Positions 13,695 through 22,674 are shown, counted from the first letter of the stretch. The stretch: DNA of 37,960 bases from Puniceicoccales bacterium (GCA_031279675.1 JAITIB010000006.1:1-37960); one strand, 5' to 3'. Program-made: numbers and translations. The notes: a model not told the origin generated them from the sequence alone.

Positions 13695-13716
13695 CGTTTT
13701 TTCGTCTCCGGCGGTG

Positions 13717-14268
13717 TTACCAGACGCCGGTCACGGCGTTGCGGATTTTGCGCGCAAGCTCACGCGTGAGGACAGGCATTGTCTGGTATTCGACGGCGGA
13801 GAAGCCGCCCGTGTCATGCGCATCGGCAGTGGCGACGACCTCGCGTTCCTTGAACAAAACCTCGCCGGTGCGGTTGTTGACAAGCGTGCAACGGGCCGTG
13901 AGACGGAGCGTGAATGCGCTCCCGAGCACGGTATCGGTGGGGCGCGTGGCGGCAATGCTGTGCTCATAACGCTCAAGGCGCACATGCAAGGTGGCGTCGG
14001 CACCAACAGTACGCAGGGTGATTCCAGACTCCTGTGCGAGGGTGTCGTTAAGCTGCTGATGAAGGAGCGCTTGGGTCTGGGGCGCGTAGGTGTCGTTGAC
14101 GATGGGACTGACTTTGATACTGGCAAAGGGCGGCTTGGCACGCGTGCCAAGGGTGTAATTGGCACAAGCGGAGAGAAAGGGGACGATGAAAAACAGCGCG
14201 ACGGAAAAAAGCGCCCCGCGGGGACGACGGGCACGCGCGCACAAAGCGGTTGTTTTTGCGGCGCTCAT
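13717..14268 (-). CDS. LptE-like outer-membrane lipoprotein
   Basis: Signal peptide with lipobox (FLSAC). Size and alternating beta-strand pattern resemble LptE. The ATG overlaps the upstream BamD-like stop (ATGA). The call is by pattern and context only. Confidence 0.5.
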   Translation of the reverse strand: MSAAKTTALCARARRPRGALFSVALFFIVPFLSACANYTLGTRAKPPFASIKVSPIVNDTYAPQTQALLHQQLNDTLAQESGITLRTVGADATLHVRLERYEHSIAATRPTDTVLGSAFTLRLTARCTLVNNRTGEVLFKEREVVATADAHDTGGFSAVEYQTMPVLTRELARKIRNAVTGVW

Positions 14269-15635
14269 TTGGATTCCCCGGACGGGGCCGCAAATCCCAT
14301 GTCCTCAAGTTTCGGAGGAGGCGGCGGCACAACATACTCGCCCTCGGGCGTGAGCGGGAACCGCCCGAATATCCAGTCCATGACATCGCGCGAGGCGGGT
14401 TTCCGGGAACGAATGACGGCAAGATGCTTCCGCGCCTCCACGGCGGGCTCCGAGTCAGGCGCGGCATTGATTGCCTCATTGAAAAAGATGGCCGCGGCGC
14501 GCGGGTTGTTGCGATGTTCGTAATAGAAGAGCCCGATGTTGAGCCGGTTTTGAGCCAGAGTGGTGCGCATGCGCCGGGCAGCCTCGACAGCCTCTCCGGC
14601 GCGGGGGTGCGCGGGGTAGAGCTGGACAAAATCGGTGTAAATATCGAGGGCGTTGCGGGTGGAGCCCTGATCCCAATCGGCACCGGCGACATCCCTCTCG
14701 TAAGCGAGGGCAAGGCTAAGGTAGGCGTCGGGCACAAAACCCGAATCGGGATAGTTGCTGATGATGCGCTCAAAGGCGTCAATGGCGTCCGCGCGCTTGT
14801 CGAGCTCAAGCGCAAGCATCCCCTTGTCGAGGAGGGCGCGCACAGCATTCGGCCCATAGGGAGCATTACGGTTCACGCCCTCAAAGTAACGCAAACCCCG
14901 GGAGCTGTCGGTGAACCACGGGATCCAGCCCCACAAGTAGGGGCGCTCGCCGTTTTTGATGGCGGAGGCAACCGCGTATTGGCGTTCAACCACCTCGCCG
15001 TAACGGTGGTATTCCGGATGGTGCTGAATGAGTTCCTGAAACGAATCGTAGGCTTTTTCGAACTGGCTGCGCTTGTGATAAATGATTCCCCGCTGGTAGT
15101 AGGCCTCGGCAACAATTTCCAAAATGGAGTTCTGATGCACAAGAACGCGGGAGGCCTCCTTGCCAAACGTCCCGCGCGCCGTGAGGCGCGTCGTGGGGGA
15201 AAACTCGAAGACGGGGTCAGACAGGGGGAATTTTCCAAAACTGGTGATGCCACCCTTCACATGAAACGAGACCCCATAAACGTCGATAAGATCGCGATAC
15301 GCATCAACGACATCGTTGTAATACCCAAGCGCCCGGAAGTAGCTTTCCTCATCCTGAAGACGCCTCGCCTTGTTCATGTTTTTCAGCATCTCCGCGATTT
15401 CGGGAACCTCCTCCGGCGCTCCGGCAGACTCCACGGCGTCCGACTCCTTCGCGATGGCGTTGGCAGCCAAGGGAACGAGCGCCCCACCCTGAAGCTTCCA
15501 TCCCTCCCCGGCACTCCAAACGAGCGCGGACCGCGCTGCGGCAAGCGGCATTAACGCGAGCAAGAGCGAGGCCAAAAACCGTTTCCAAGGGAAAAATAAC
15601 ACCCGCATCATGAGATTGTTCTGGGTTGAAACCAT
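14265..15635 (-). CDS. BamD/YfiO-like TPR outer-membrane assembly protein
   Basis: Signal peptide followed by TPR-like repeats. The C-terminal LAQNRLNIGLFYYEHRNNPRAAAIFFNEAI is typical of BamD. The alternative ATG at 15611 overlaps the fabH stop as ATGA (translational coupling) and may be the true start. Confidence 0.6.
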   Translation of the reverse strand: MVSTQNNLMMRVLFFPWKRFLASLLLALMPLAAARSALVWSAGEGWKLQGGALVPLAANAIAKESDAVESAGAPEEVPEIAEMLKNMNKARRLQDEESYFRALGYYNDVVDAYRDLIDVYGVSFHVKGGITSFGKFPLSDPVFEFSPTTRLTARGTFGKEASRVLVHQNSILEIVAEAYYQRGIIYHKRSQFEKAYDSFQELIQHHPEYHRYGEVVERQYAVASAIKNGERPYLWGWIPWFTDSSRGLRYFEGVNRNAPYGPNAVRALLDKGMLALELDKRADAIDAFERIISNYPDSGFVPDAYLSLALAYERDVAGADWDQGSTRNALDIYTDFVQLYPAHPRAGEAVEAARRMRTTLAQNRLNIGLFYYEHRNNPRAAAIFFNEAINAAPDSEPAVEARKHLAVIRSRKPASRDVMDWIFGRFPLTPEGEYVVPPPPPKLEDMGFAAPSGESK

Positions 15636-16627
15636 TTAAGCAGAGTCGCAGCCCAAGTGAAACCGCCCCCGAACGCAACAAGCAAGACGTAATCCCCCTC
15701 CTTCACAAGCCCCTCGCGGTAGGCCTCCTCAAGCGCAATGGGAATGGACGCAGCGGAAGTGTTTCCGTAACGCTCCAGATTCACCTTCACGCGTGCTCTC
15801 TCCACCCCGAGCTCGTCCACAATCGCATCAATGATGCGCATGTTGGCCTGGTGCGGGATGATGAGCGCCACCTGCTCAATGCCCACGCCACACTTTGCCA
15901 GCACCTCGCGACACGCCTGGCTCATGACACGGACGGCGTTCTTGAACACTTCCTTTCCATTCATCACGATCCTGTGCGTTCCCACCGGCAAGCCCTCCAC
16001 CGGTTCCGGGGCCGGCGCCTGCCGCGGCGCCACCGCAAGCAAGTCCCCCTTCGTCCCGTCCGCCCCAAGCACATTGCCCAAGATTCCCACGTGCGGCACA
16101 TCGCACTTGGACACCACCGCCGCCCCCGCCCCATCCCCGAACAACACACACGTCGTCCGGTCCTGCCAGTCCACGATGCGCGACAATTTTTCCGACGCCA
16201 CCACGAGCGCGTTCCGGTAATCACCCGCGCGCAGCATATGGTTCGCAATCTGCAACAGATAAAGGAACCCCGAGCACGCCGCCGAGATGTCAAACGCGGG
16301 AATCCCCGCCCGCAACCCCAGCTTGCGCTGGAGAAGACACGCAGTGGACGGCACCGTGGACTCCGCCGACGCTGTGGCGACAATGACCAAGTCTATCTCC
16401 TCCCTCCCCACACCCGCATCCCGCAACGCCACCTCCGCCGCCTGCGCGCCCAAGTCCGCCGTTGTCTCCTCCGGCGCCGCGACGCGTCGCTCGCAAATGC
16501 CCGAGCGGGAACGAATCCACTCGTCGGACGTCTCGACGATACGGGACAAATCCTCATTCGTGAGGCGGCGCTCCGGCTTGTAAGCACCGAGCCCGCGGAT
16601 GAACACAGATGGTGTTGGCGATCTCAT
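15608..16627 (-). CDS. fabH: 3-oxoacyl-ACP synthase III
   Basis: Active-site blocks ISAACSGFLYLL, IPHQANMRIID and YGNTSAASIPIAL. 339 aa. Confidence 0.92.
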   Translation of the reverse strand: MRSPTPSVFIRGLGAYKPERRLTNEDLSRIVETSDEWIRSRSGICERRVAAPEETTADLGAQAAEVALRDAGVGREEIDLVIVATASAESTVPSTACLLQRKLGLRAGIPAFDISAACSGFLYLLQIANHMLRAGDYRNALVVASEKLSRIVDWQDRTTCVLFGDGAGAAVVSKCDVPHVGILGNVLGADGTKGDLLAVAPRQAPAPEPVEGLPVGTHRIVMNGKEVFKNAVRVMSQACREVLAKCGVGIEQVALIIPHQANMRIIDAIVDELGVERARVKVNLERYGNTSAASIPIALEEAYREGLVKEGDYVLLVAFGGGFTWAATLLKWFQPRTIS

Positions 16628-16747
16628 TCAACACAGCCACTTAGGTCAAAAAACATCCTGTGAAAAGCGGAAAACACCACCCCCGGACATCCACCCGACC
16701 GGCAAAACCGCCACCGCCACCCCGGATTTTGCAAAGTTACGGCGAGA

Positions 16748-16770
16748 AACCCGGGGCAACGCCCCGGGTT
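16748..16770 (-). terminator. candidate terminator hairpin downstream of the PEP-CTERM gene
   Basis: Perfect 10-bp stem AACCCGGGGC / GCCCCGGGTT with a 3-nt loop, 48 nt past the stop at 16818. On the minus strand it is followed only by TTTCTCG, a weak U-tract. Confidence 0.4.
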
Positions 16771-16817
16771 CCGAGCTCCCCCCGCGCCTGCCCGTCCGCC
16801 AAGCAGAACCCCAATCC

Positions 16818-17858
16818 TCACCGCCGACGACGCCACCGCGCCCCCATCGCCAACGCCAGCGCCCCCACCCCACCAATCAACGCATACGTCGACGGCTCCG
16901 GAATCGCCCGCGCCACAAGATAAGTTTCATAAACACCGGCATTGAGCTCGTCGTAGGAAATATCAAACACCTGCCCCGTATCAGCTATTATAGGATCATA
17001 TCCCCACAACCCGTCCACAGGAGCCCCCTCAAGAACCAGGATCCGGTCCCCAAACGCAAACTCACCCTCGGCCAGAATTGTTAACGCGGACTCCGCGAAA
17101 TCGATAAAGCCAGTGTTGCCAAGACGGATCTTCCCGGCGGTGACAGCCGGACTCACGGCAAATGTGAACTCCAAAACGCCTTCAATCGCAAAGTCATGGG
17201 AAACCGACAGCAGGCTATTGCCTCCAATGAAAAGTTGTGCCCCGGATTCCGTCATCAGGTTGTCGGCACTTAAGGCACCTCCACTGTTCAGCGCAACCCG
17301 CCCGTACCAATCAATGTAAAGATTCGACACATCAACGCCTCCCGCGTCGGACACAACAAGCTCACCATCGTCTGAGAGACCGACGACAAGTTCACCGGAC
17401 ACATTCATTGTTGCAGTAGGACCCACCACCGTCACGCTGCCAGCAACTCCGTAAATTTGACCGATATAGAAGTGCATGCTGGAAACATGTCCGCCGAGAA
17501 CATTCAAATATCCAGGATCATTTTCTCCAACAAAGATAGTGTGCCCTGCGGTAAATGCCCCGCCCTCGTAAACATTGACAGTGCCCGGCCCAACGTGGCC
17601 AACGTAGCCAACGCGGGAACACTCAATCAATCCACCGCTTACAATATCGACAATCGCCTCCTCCCCATCCCACCCGATAATAACATCCTCTGGCACGCCA
17701 CCCGTAGTAGAGTGTACAACTCGATGAGCAATTGTCGTCCGCCCATCTGGCGCGATCCAGTAATCAACCGCATTGACAGCGGGCGGGCTCGCAAGGGTAA
17801 AAGCTGCCGCTGCGGCGGCAAGGGTGAGGGTTTTGAGGGTTACGGATGTTGTTTTCAT
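16818..17858 (-). CDS. PEP-CTERM sorting-domain protein with beta-helix / autotransporter-like repeats
   Basis: N-terminal signal peptide (..AAAAAFTLASPPAVNA). Gly/Val/Asn-rich repeats. The C-terminal IPEPSTYALIGGVGALALAMGARWRRRR is PEP motif + TM + Arg cluster. GC looks lower than in the neighbours. Confidence 0.8.
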   Translation of the reverse strand: MKTTSVTLKTLTLAAAAAAFTLASPPAVNAVDYWIAPDGRTTIAHRVVHSTTGGVPEDVIIGWDGEEAIVDIVSGGLIECSRVGYVGHVGPGTVNVYEGGAFTAGHTIFVGENDPGYLNVLGGHVSSMHFYIGQIYGVAGSVTVVGPTATMNVSGELVVGLSDDGELVVSDAGGVDVSNLYIDWYGRVALNSGGALSADNLMTESGAQLFIGGNSLLSVSHDFAIEGVLEFTFAVSPAVTAGKIRLGNTGFIDFAESALTILAEGEFAFGDRILVLEGAPVDGLWGYDPIIADTGQVFDISYDELNAGVYETYLVARAIPEPSTYALIGGVGALALAMGARWRRRR

Positions 17859-18094
17859 TTTTTTGTCTGTTTGGTTATTGGTTGGTTGTGAGAAAAAAGA
17901 GTTTCATGCCCGCACGAAAGCGGCGCGTTTGCCCATGGCGATGAACCCGCCAACGAGGGCGAAATGTGTCCCGTTAAACAGGGAGATCCGGCAAAAGAGC
18001 TCGGTTTGGCGCGTGTTACTCATGTTTTTTTATACAGTTGAAAGGGATTGTTTGAAAAAAATGCGTGTGATGGGGCCAAAATGTCCCGAAACAG

Positions 18095-18437
18095 CTTTCT
18101 GACGCGTAAGGAGATCCCAAAAAATATTTTTGCGACTTTCTGACGTGTAAGGAGGAGCAAAAAAAAATCCCCGCGCCCTTTCTAACGCGTAAGGAGGTCC
18201 AAAAAAAATATTTTGCGACTTTCTGACGAGTAAGGAGGAGCAAAAAAAAATTCCCGCGCTCTTTCTGACGCGTAAGGAGGAGCAAAAAATATTTTTCCGA
18301 CTTTCTGACGCGCAAGGAGGAGCAAAAAAAAATTCCCGCGCCCTTTCTAACGCGTAAGGAGGTCCAAAAAAAATATTTTGCGACTTTCTGACGAGTAAGG
18401 AGGAGCAAAAAAAATTCCCGCGCTCTTTCTAACACGT
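18095..18437. repeat. tandem array of 8 full and 1 partial units of about 41 bp, each with a TAAGGAGG motif and an A-tract
   Basis: Units start at 18095, 18136, 18178, 18219, 18261, 18301, 18343, 18384 and (partial) 18425, with spacings of 40-42 bp. Core is CTTTCT[G/A]ACG[C/A/T]G[T/C]AAGGAGG[AG/TC]C followed by A6-A9. Two tail types alternate: ATATTTTGCGA and TTCCCGCGC[C/T]. Units 1-4 and 5-8 form a higher-order duplication of about 165 bp. Confidence 0.9.
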
Positions 18438-18749
18438 CCGCAAGGGCCAGCGCGGTGCCCGCGCGGTCATCGTCGCGCTACGCGCAATTCCGCCTGCGGC
18501 GGGAGGTTCCGCTAACTTCAGTCCCACACTCCATAATTAGACGCCGCTTCGCCGACGGCAAAATCAGGTGGTATTGGAGCGACTTGAGAGTTCGTTTGCC
18601 CAACACTCTTGGGGAATGAAGTTTCATGGTCTGGTTTGTGTCCGCGCTTCCGCCGACTCCACATGGGGCAACATGTCTATGGGTCTTTCCGCACACACCG
18701 CACATTTTGGCTTGGCTCGGACAAGGATAGGCATCAGGCAGGAAGCGTT

Positions 18750-19418
18750 ATGAATCCGCGACTGTTTCCCCGTTCCACGTTTATCTTGTTTGCAGCGCTT
18801 GGTGCGCTCGCCTTTTCACCGCCAACGCGCGCGGCCAAGGTAAAAAGCAACGCGTTCCCAAACAGGAGCATTTTCGGCATCGAAATGGCGGGGACAGCCT
18901 TGGGGTTTTACGGGCGCGCCGACCGGGTGCTCTCGGTCTCGTTCCAAGAATACACAACGGGACCGCTTGTGGTGAGCGAAGTGGTGATTGATCTGGAGGG
19001 GGCAAACCAGCTTTTGCGCCTCTACTCGGCACGCCCGGTCTCGCCAGAGGAAATGGCGCGCCGGAGTTACGAGGGCGTCGCCGCAGGCGCTGCGGAAGGA
19101 ACGGACATGGCGGCGCCACCGGCGGAAATCTTGCCAAGCTCAGGAGGAGCGACGGCAAAACTGGAGGCGGGAGGACGGGCGGCGGTCGAAAAATTTAACG
19201 CAGGTCTTGTCGTAAAAACTTATCCGGTGACAACGCACGCGAAGACGGCGGAATTCTCCGTCAGCTCGCGCAAAGAATTGCTGGCCTTCTACAATAGCTT
19301 CCGGAGCCTGTGCACTAACAAGCCCGTGGCGGTAAAGGCGGACGGCTCGCCGGGCGGGGGCGGCGCAGGCGAGACACAAGTGCTTTCGCTCGGGGGAACA
19401 CTCTTCACGCTTGAATAG
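18750..19418 (+). CDS. secreted hypothetical protein
   Basis: Internal ATG at 18750 gives the signal peptide MNPRLFPRSTFILFAALGALAFSPPTRAAK. No recognisable domain. The upstream 47 codons of the track ORF look non-coding. Confidence 0.6.
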   Translation: MNPRLFPRSTFILFAALGALAFSPPTRAAKVKSNAFPNRSIFGIEMAGTALGFYGRADRVLSVSFQEYTTGPLVVSEVVIDLEGANQLLRLYSARPVSPEEMARRSYEGVAAGAAEGTDMAAPPAEILPSSGGATAKLEAGGRAAVEKFNAGLVVKTYPVTTHAKTAEFSVSSRKELLAFYNSFRSLCTNKPVAVKADGSPGGGGAGETQVLSLGGTLFTLE

Positions 19419-19472
19419 GCGCCCCTCGCGGACAAACCCCGAAAAACTCAACTTCAACCCAACAGGACAACC

Positions 19473-19829
19473 ATGATCGAAACGATAAAGAAAACACTCT
19501 TCGCCGGACTTGGCGCCGCCGCCATCACGAAGGACGCTGTCGAGTCCGCCCTCCACGACTGGATCGAGAAGGGGAAAATCACGCCCGAGGAAGCCCGGCA
19601 TTTTGCCGAGAAACTCGTCAACACCGGCGAGCACCGCTGGGAAAAAACCAAGGACGAGGTCTCGCAAAAAGTCTCCGAACTGGCGGGCAAGGTGCCGTTT
19701 GTGAAACGCGGCGACCTGCAGGCGCTGGAGGCGCGCGTCGCGGTGCTTGAACAAATGGCATTGCGCGCGCAGCTCGCCGGGGACGCCACCCCAAGGCAGC
19801 CAAGCACGGAAGGGGAGCTCCTGCCCTAA
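19473..19829 (+). CDS. phasin-family / UbiK-like coiled-coil protein
   Basis: MIETIKKTLFAGLGAAAITKDAVESALHDWIEKGKITPEEARHFAEKLV... matches the COG3937 phasin-like pattern. The C-terminal VKRGDLQALEARVAVLEQ is coiled coil. Lies directly upstream of the UbiB-like kinase. Confidence 0.6.
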   Translation: MIETIKKTLFAGLGAAAITKDAVESALHDWIEKGKITPEEARHFAEKLVNTGEHRWEKTKDEVSQKVSELAGKVPFVKRGDLQALEARVAVLEQMALRAQLAGDATPRQPSTEGELLP

Positions 19830-19877
19830 GGCGGGAAGAGGACGCGCCCGCCGCGCCACGTCGCGCCCAGCGCCGCC

Positions 19878-21554
19878 ATGTCACCAGTCCCGATCCCCGT
19901 CCCGCTCAAGGCCCTCGCCCTGCTTAAGAATGTCGCCCGGGCAAGGGAGATTTTTGCCATCCTCATCAAGAATGGCTTTCTGGAATTTCTGGAACAGGTC
20001 GGCGCGCCCTCGTCACGGCTCGCCAAAATTCTCCCGATCCCGACGCAAAACATCACGCTGTGGCAACGCATCCGCGTGACCTGCGAGCAGCTCGGGCCAA
20101 CCTTCGTCAAGCTCGCCCAGCTGGCCAGCTCGCGCGACGATCTGCTCCCGGAGGCGCTCGCGACGGAACTGCGCCGCTTGCGCGATCAAGTGCCGCCCGT
20201 GCCTTGGGCGGACATGGCGCAGGTGCTTGCCGCGGAGCTGCACGAGGGCGTGGAGGCCCATTTCGAAGAAATGGACACGACGCCGGTGGCGTGCGGCTCC
20301 ATCGGCCAGGTTTACAAGGCGCGACTCAAGGCGGACGGACGCGCCATCGCGATCAAGCTCCAACGCCCGGGCATCCACCGCGCGATGCGCGCCGACATCG
20401 AGATCCTGTCCTGGCTCGCACAACGCGCCCACGAACGGTTCGCGGAACTGCGCCCTTACGCCCTGCCGACAATCGTCGCGGAGGCCGCGACAGGGCTTTT
20501 GCAAGAACTCGACTTCAACATCGAGGCACGCAACGCCGCGCATTTCAACGCAATCAATCCCTGCCCGTCAGTTTTCGCCCCCCGTGTGCACGAGCATTAC
20601 ACCACGGCGCGCCTGCTCGTGTCCGACTGGGTGGAGGGCGTCCCGCCGGGCTCCCCGGAAATCCCCGTCGAGACGGCGCGCCTGCTCGCCGCAGCCGGGG
20701 CAAACTCGGTTTTCCGCCAGATATTTCTCGACGGATTCTTCCACGCCGACCCGCACCCGGGCAATCTGCTCGTCACACCAGATGGACGGCTCTGCCTGAT
20801 TGACTGGGGCCTCGCGGGCAGCCTCACGCGGCGGATGCGCTACATGCTTGCCGACCTCCTCGGCGCGCTCGCACGACAGGACGCCGAAAAGGTGATCCAG
20901 GCGCTGCTCGCCAACGGAATGAAAATCCGCTCCGACCGCACCAAGCTTGAGGGCGATGTCGCCCAAGTGTTGCGCCGCCACCACAAGCTCGCAGAAACGC
21001 CCGGTGAGTTCGGCAGCGCGATGACAGACCTGCTGCGCGTCTTCGCCCGCCACGGCATCGCGCTCGCGCGCGACTACACGCTGCTGGCCAAGGCCGTGCT
21101 CGCCATTGAGGAGACAGGGCGGCAACTCGACCCGGCATTTGACCTGCAACACCATGCGCGCCACTTCCTGAAAAAGCTGCGCGCGGAACGCTGGAGTCCC
21201 CGCACACTGGCAAAACTGGGCGCGTGGGCGGTGGCGTCCAACATCGCGCAATTCCGCGAGATCCCCGGGAGCGTCAGCCGCATTTTGCAAAAGCTTGAGG
21301 ACGGCGAGGCGACGCTGAGTGTCGAGCACAACGGGCTGGAGGATTTCCGGCGCACGATGGAAATCGCCGTGAACAGGCTCGTCTTCGCCGTAATCGTCGC
21401 GGCGCTCCTGGTGGGCTCGTCAATGTTGGTGCGCGGAGACGACAACCCGTGGCAATTCCCTCCGAGCCCCGGAGTGATCGGCTACGCGCTGGCCTTCTGT
21501 TTCACCCTTTACCTGCTCTGGGATATTTTGCGCCACGGACGCCACAAACATTAG
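19878..21554 (+). CDS. ABC1/UbiB-family atypical kinase
   Basis: FVKLAQLASSRDDLLP, GSIGQVYKA, AIKLQRPG, FFHADPHPGNLLV and IDWG, plus two C-terminal TM helices. 558 aa. Confidence 0.9.
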   Translation: MSPVPIPVPLKALALLKNVARAREIFAILIKNGFLEFLEQVGAPSSRLAKILPIPTQNITLWQRIRVTCEQLGPTFVKLAQLASSRDDLLPEALATELRRLRDQVPPVPWADMAQVLAAELHEGVEAHFEEMDTTPVACGSIGQVYKARLKADGRAIAIKLQRPGIHRAMRADIEILSWLAQRAHERFAELRPYALPTIVAEAATGLLQELDFNIEARNAAHFNAINPCPSVFAPRVHEHYTTARLLVSDWVEGVPPGSPEIPVETARLLAAAGANSVFRQIFLDGFFHADPHPGNLLVTPDGRLCLIDWGLAGSLTRRMRYMLADLLGALARQDAEKVIQALLANGMKIRSDRTKLEGDVAQVLRRHHKLAETPGEFGSAMTDLLRVFARHGIALARDYTLLAKAVLAIEETGRQLDPAFDLQHHARHFLKKLRAERWSPRTLAKLGAWAVASNIAQFREIPGSVSRILQKLEDGEATLSVEHNGLEDFRRTMEIAVNRLVFAVIVAALLVGSSMLVRGDDNPWQFPPSPGVIGYALAFCFTLYLLWDILRHGRHKH

Positions 21555-21618
21555 GGGCGCCCCGGCATGTTTTGCGGTTGCCACGCCACGGCGCAGGCGC
21601 ATTTCACAGGGCACGCTC

Positions 21619-22674
21619 ATGCGCCGGTATTTTCTCAAACGCCTTCTCCTCCTGCCGCTCACCTTGCTGGGCATAACATTCATCGCCTACGTGATCACGC
21701 GCTTTGTGCCGGGCGGGCCGCTTGACCAGGCGCTCGCCCAAAAACAGCAGGCGGCGGCGCGCGGGCGCGGCGTGGTGGCCTCGGGGAACTCAAGCTCGCT
21801 CTCGCCGGCGGAGGAGGCGCAGCTGAAAAAATTCTACAAACTGGATCGTCCCCTGCTGATCGGCTACGGGGAATGGCTGGGCGTGTGGCCAAACCCGGAC
21901 ACGGGCAAATACGAGGGGTTGATGCAAGGGGAGTTCGGACATTCGTTTTTGCGCGGGCAACCGGTGCTCGAAGTCATCGTTGAGAAGTTGCCGGTCTCCG
22001 CCTGGCTTGGCGGATGGTCGCTGGTGCTGACCTACGGAGTCTGCATCCCCCTGGGCATTGTGAAAGCGCTCCGCCACCGCACGCGCGTGGACAATGTGAC
22101 CTCGGTCGTGCTGTTCACCGGGTATGCGCTGCCCGGATACATTCTTGCGGTGGTGTCCCTGTATTTCTTCGCCTTCCACTGGGAGGTGTTCCCGCACTCC
22201 GGAATCGCCACGAAGGAGCTTGAGGGAGCGGGATTGTGGTTAAGACTGAAGGATCGCGCGTGGCACAGCGTGCTTCCCCTGGCATGCCTCACGAGCGGGA
22301 ATTTCGCGCTGATGACCCTGCTCATGAAAAATTCCCTCCTGGATAATCTCGCACTGGACTACGTGCGCACGGCAGTGGCAAAGGGCGTGTCGTTCCACAA
22401 CGCGGTGCTGCGACATGCGTTCCGCAACAGCCTTGTGCCAGTGGCAACGGGCTTTGGAAACTGCCTCGGGGCATTGCTCGCGGGAAGTTTCCTGATTGAG
22501 AAAATTTTCGACATCGACGGCATCGGCTTGCTGAGCTTCAGCTCGCTGGTGGGACGCGATTACCCGGTGTTCCTCGGATTGCTGACATGCTCGTCATTCC
22601 TGCTTCTGCTGGGAAACATCGTTTCGGACGTGTGCGTCGCACTGGTTGACCCGCGCATCCGCTTCGGGAAGTAA
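21619..22674 (+). CDS. ABC transporter permease, OppB/DppB/YejB family
   Basis: N-terminal MRRYFLKRLLLLPLTLLGITFIAYVITRFVPGGP, six predicted TM segments and the EAA-like loop LDYVRTAVAKGVS.....RHAFRN. No partner permease, ATPase or binding protein is adjacent. Confidence 0.85.
   Translation: MRRYFLKRLLLLPLTLLGITFIAYVITRFVPGGPLDQALAQKQQAAARGRGVVASGNSSSLSPAEEAQLKKFYKLDRPLLIGYGEWLGVWPNPDTGKYEGLMQGEFGHSFLRGQPVLEVIVEKLPVSAWLGGWSLVLTYGVCIPLGIVKALRHRTRVDNVTSVVLFTGYALPGYILAVVSLYFFAFHWEVFPHSGIATKELEGAGLWLRLKDRAWHSVLPLACLTSGNFALMTLLMKNSLLDNLALDYVRTAVAKGVSFHNAVLRHAFRNSLVPVATGFGNCLGALLAGSFLIEKIFDIDGIGLLSFSSLVGRDYPVFLGLLTCSSFLLLLGNIVSDVCVALVDPRIRFGK

Noticed and set aside
14250-16663. Long + strand ORFs (434 aa and 345 aa) antisense to the BamD-like gene and fabH. 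Similar antisense ORFs occur at 22833-24197 (CNNM), 28690-30072 (secY) and 35840-36865 (HEAT gene).
   Set aside because: All are opposite genes with clear family motifs. Their translations are Arg/Gly/His/Pro-rich low-complexity sequence. These are typical GC-rich shadow ORFs.
16599-17084. Pro/Arg/Thr-rich + strand ORFs (161 aa and 87 aa) in the fabH to PEP-CTERM spacer
   Set aside because: The sequence is C-rich and low-complexity. The ORFs overlap the 3' end of the PEP-CTERM gene and its terminator hairpin, and have no motifs. I also looked here for rpmF or plsX, which often precede fabH, and found none.
18016-18435. 139-aa minus-strand ORF running through the tandem repeat
   Set aside because: Repeat units are 40-42 bp, which is not a constant multiple of 3, so successive units are read in different frames (LLLLTRQK.., SLRVRKG..). 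It has a GTG start and no coding periodicity. It is a by-product of the repeat.
18095-18437. CRISPR array interpretation of the repeat
   Set aside because: The variable parts are only 10-12 bp and are just two sequences alternating, not unique spacers of about 30 bp. Unit length is about 41 bp in total, and there are no cas genes or leader in the window.
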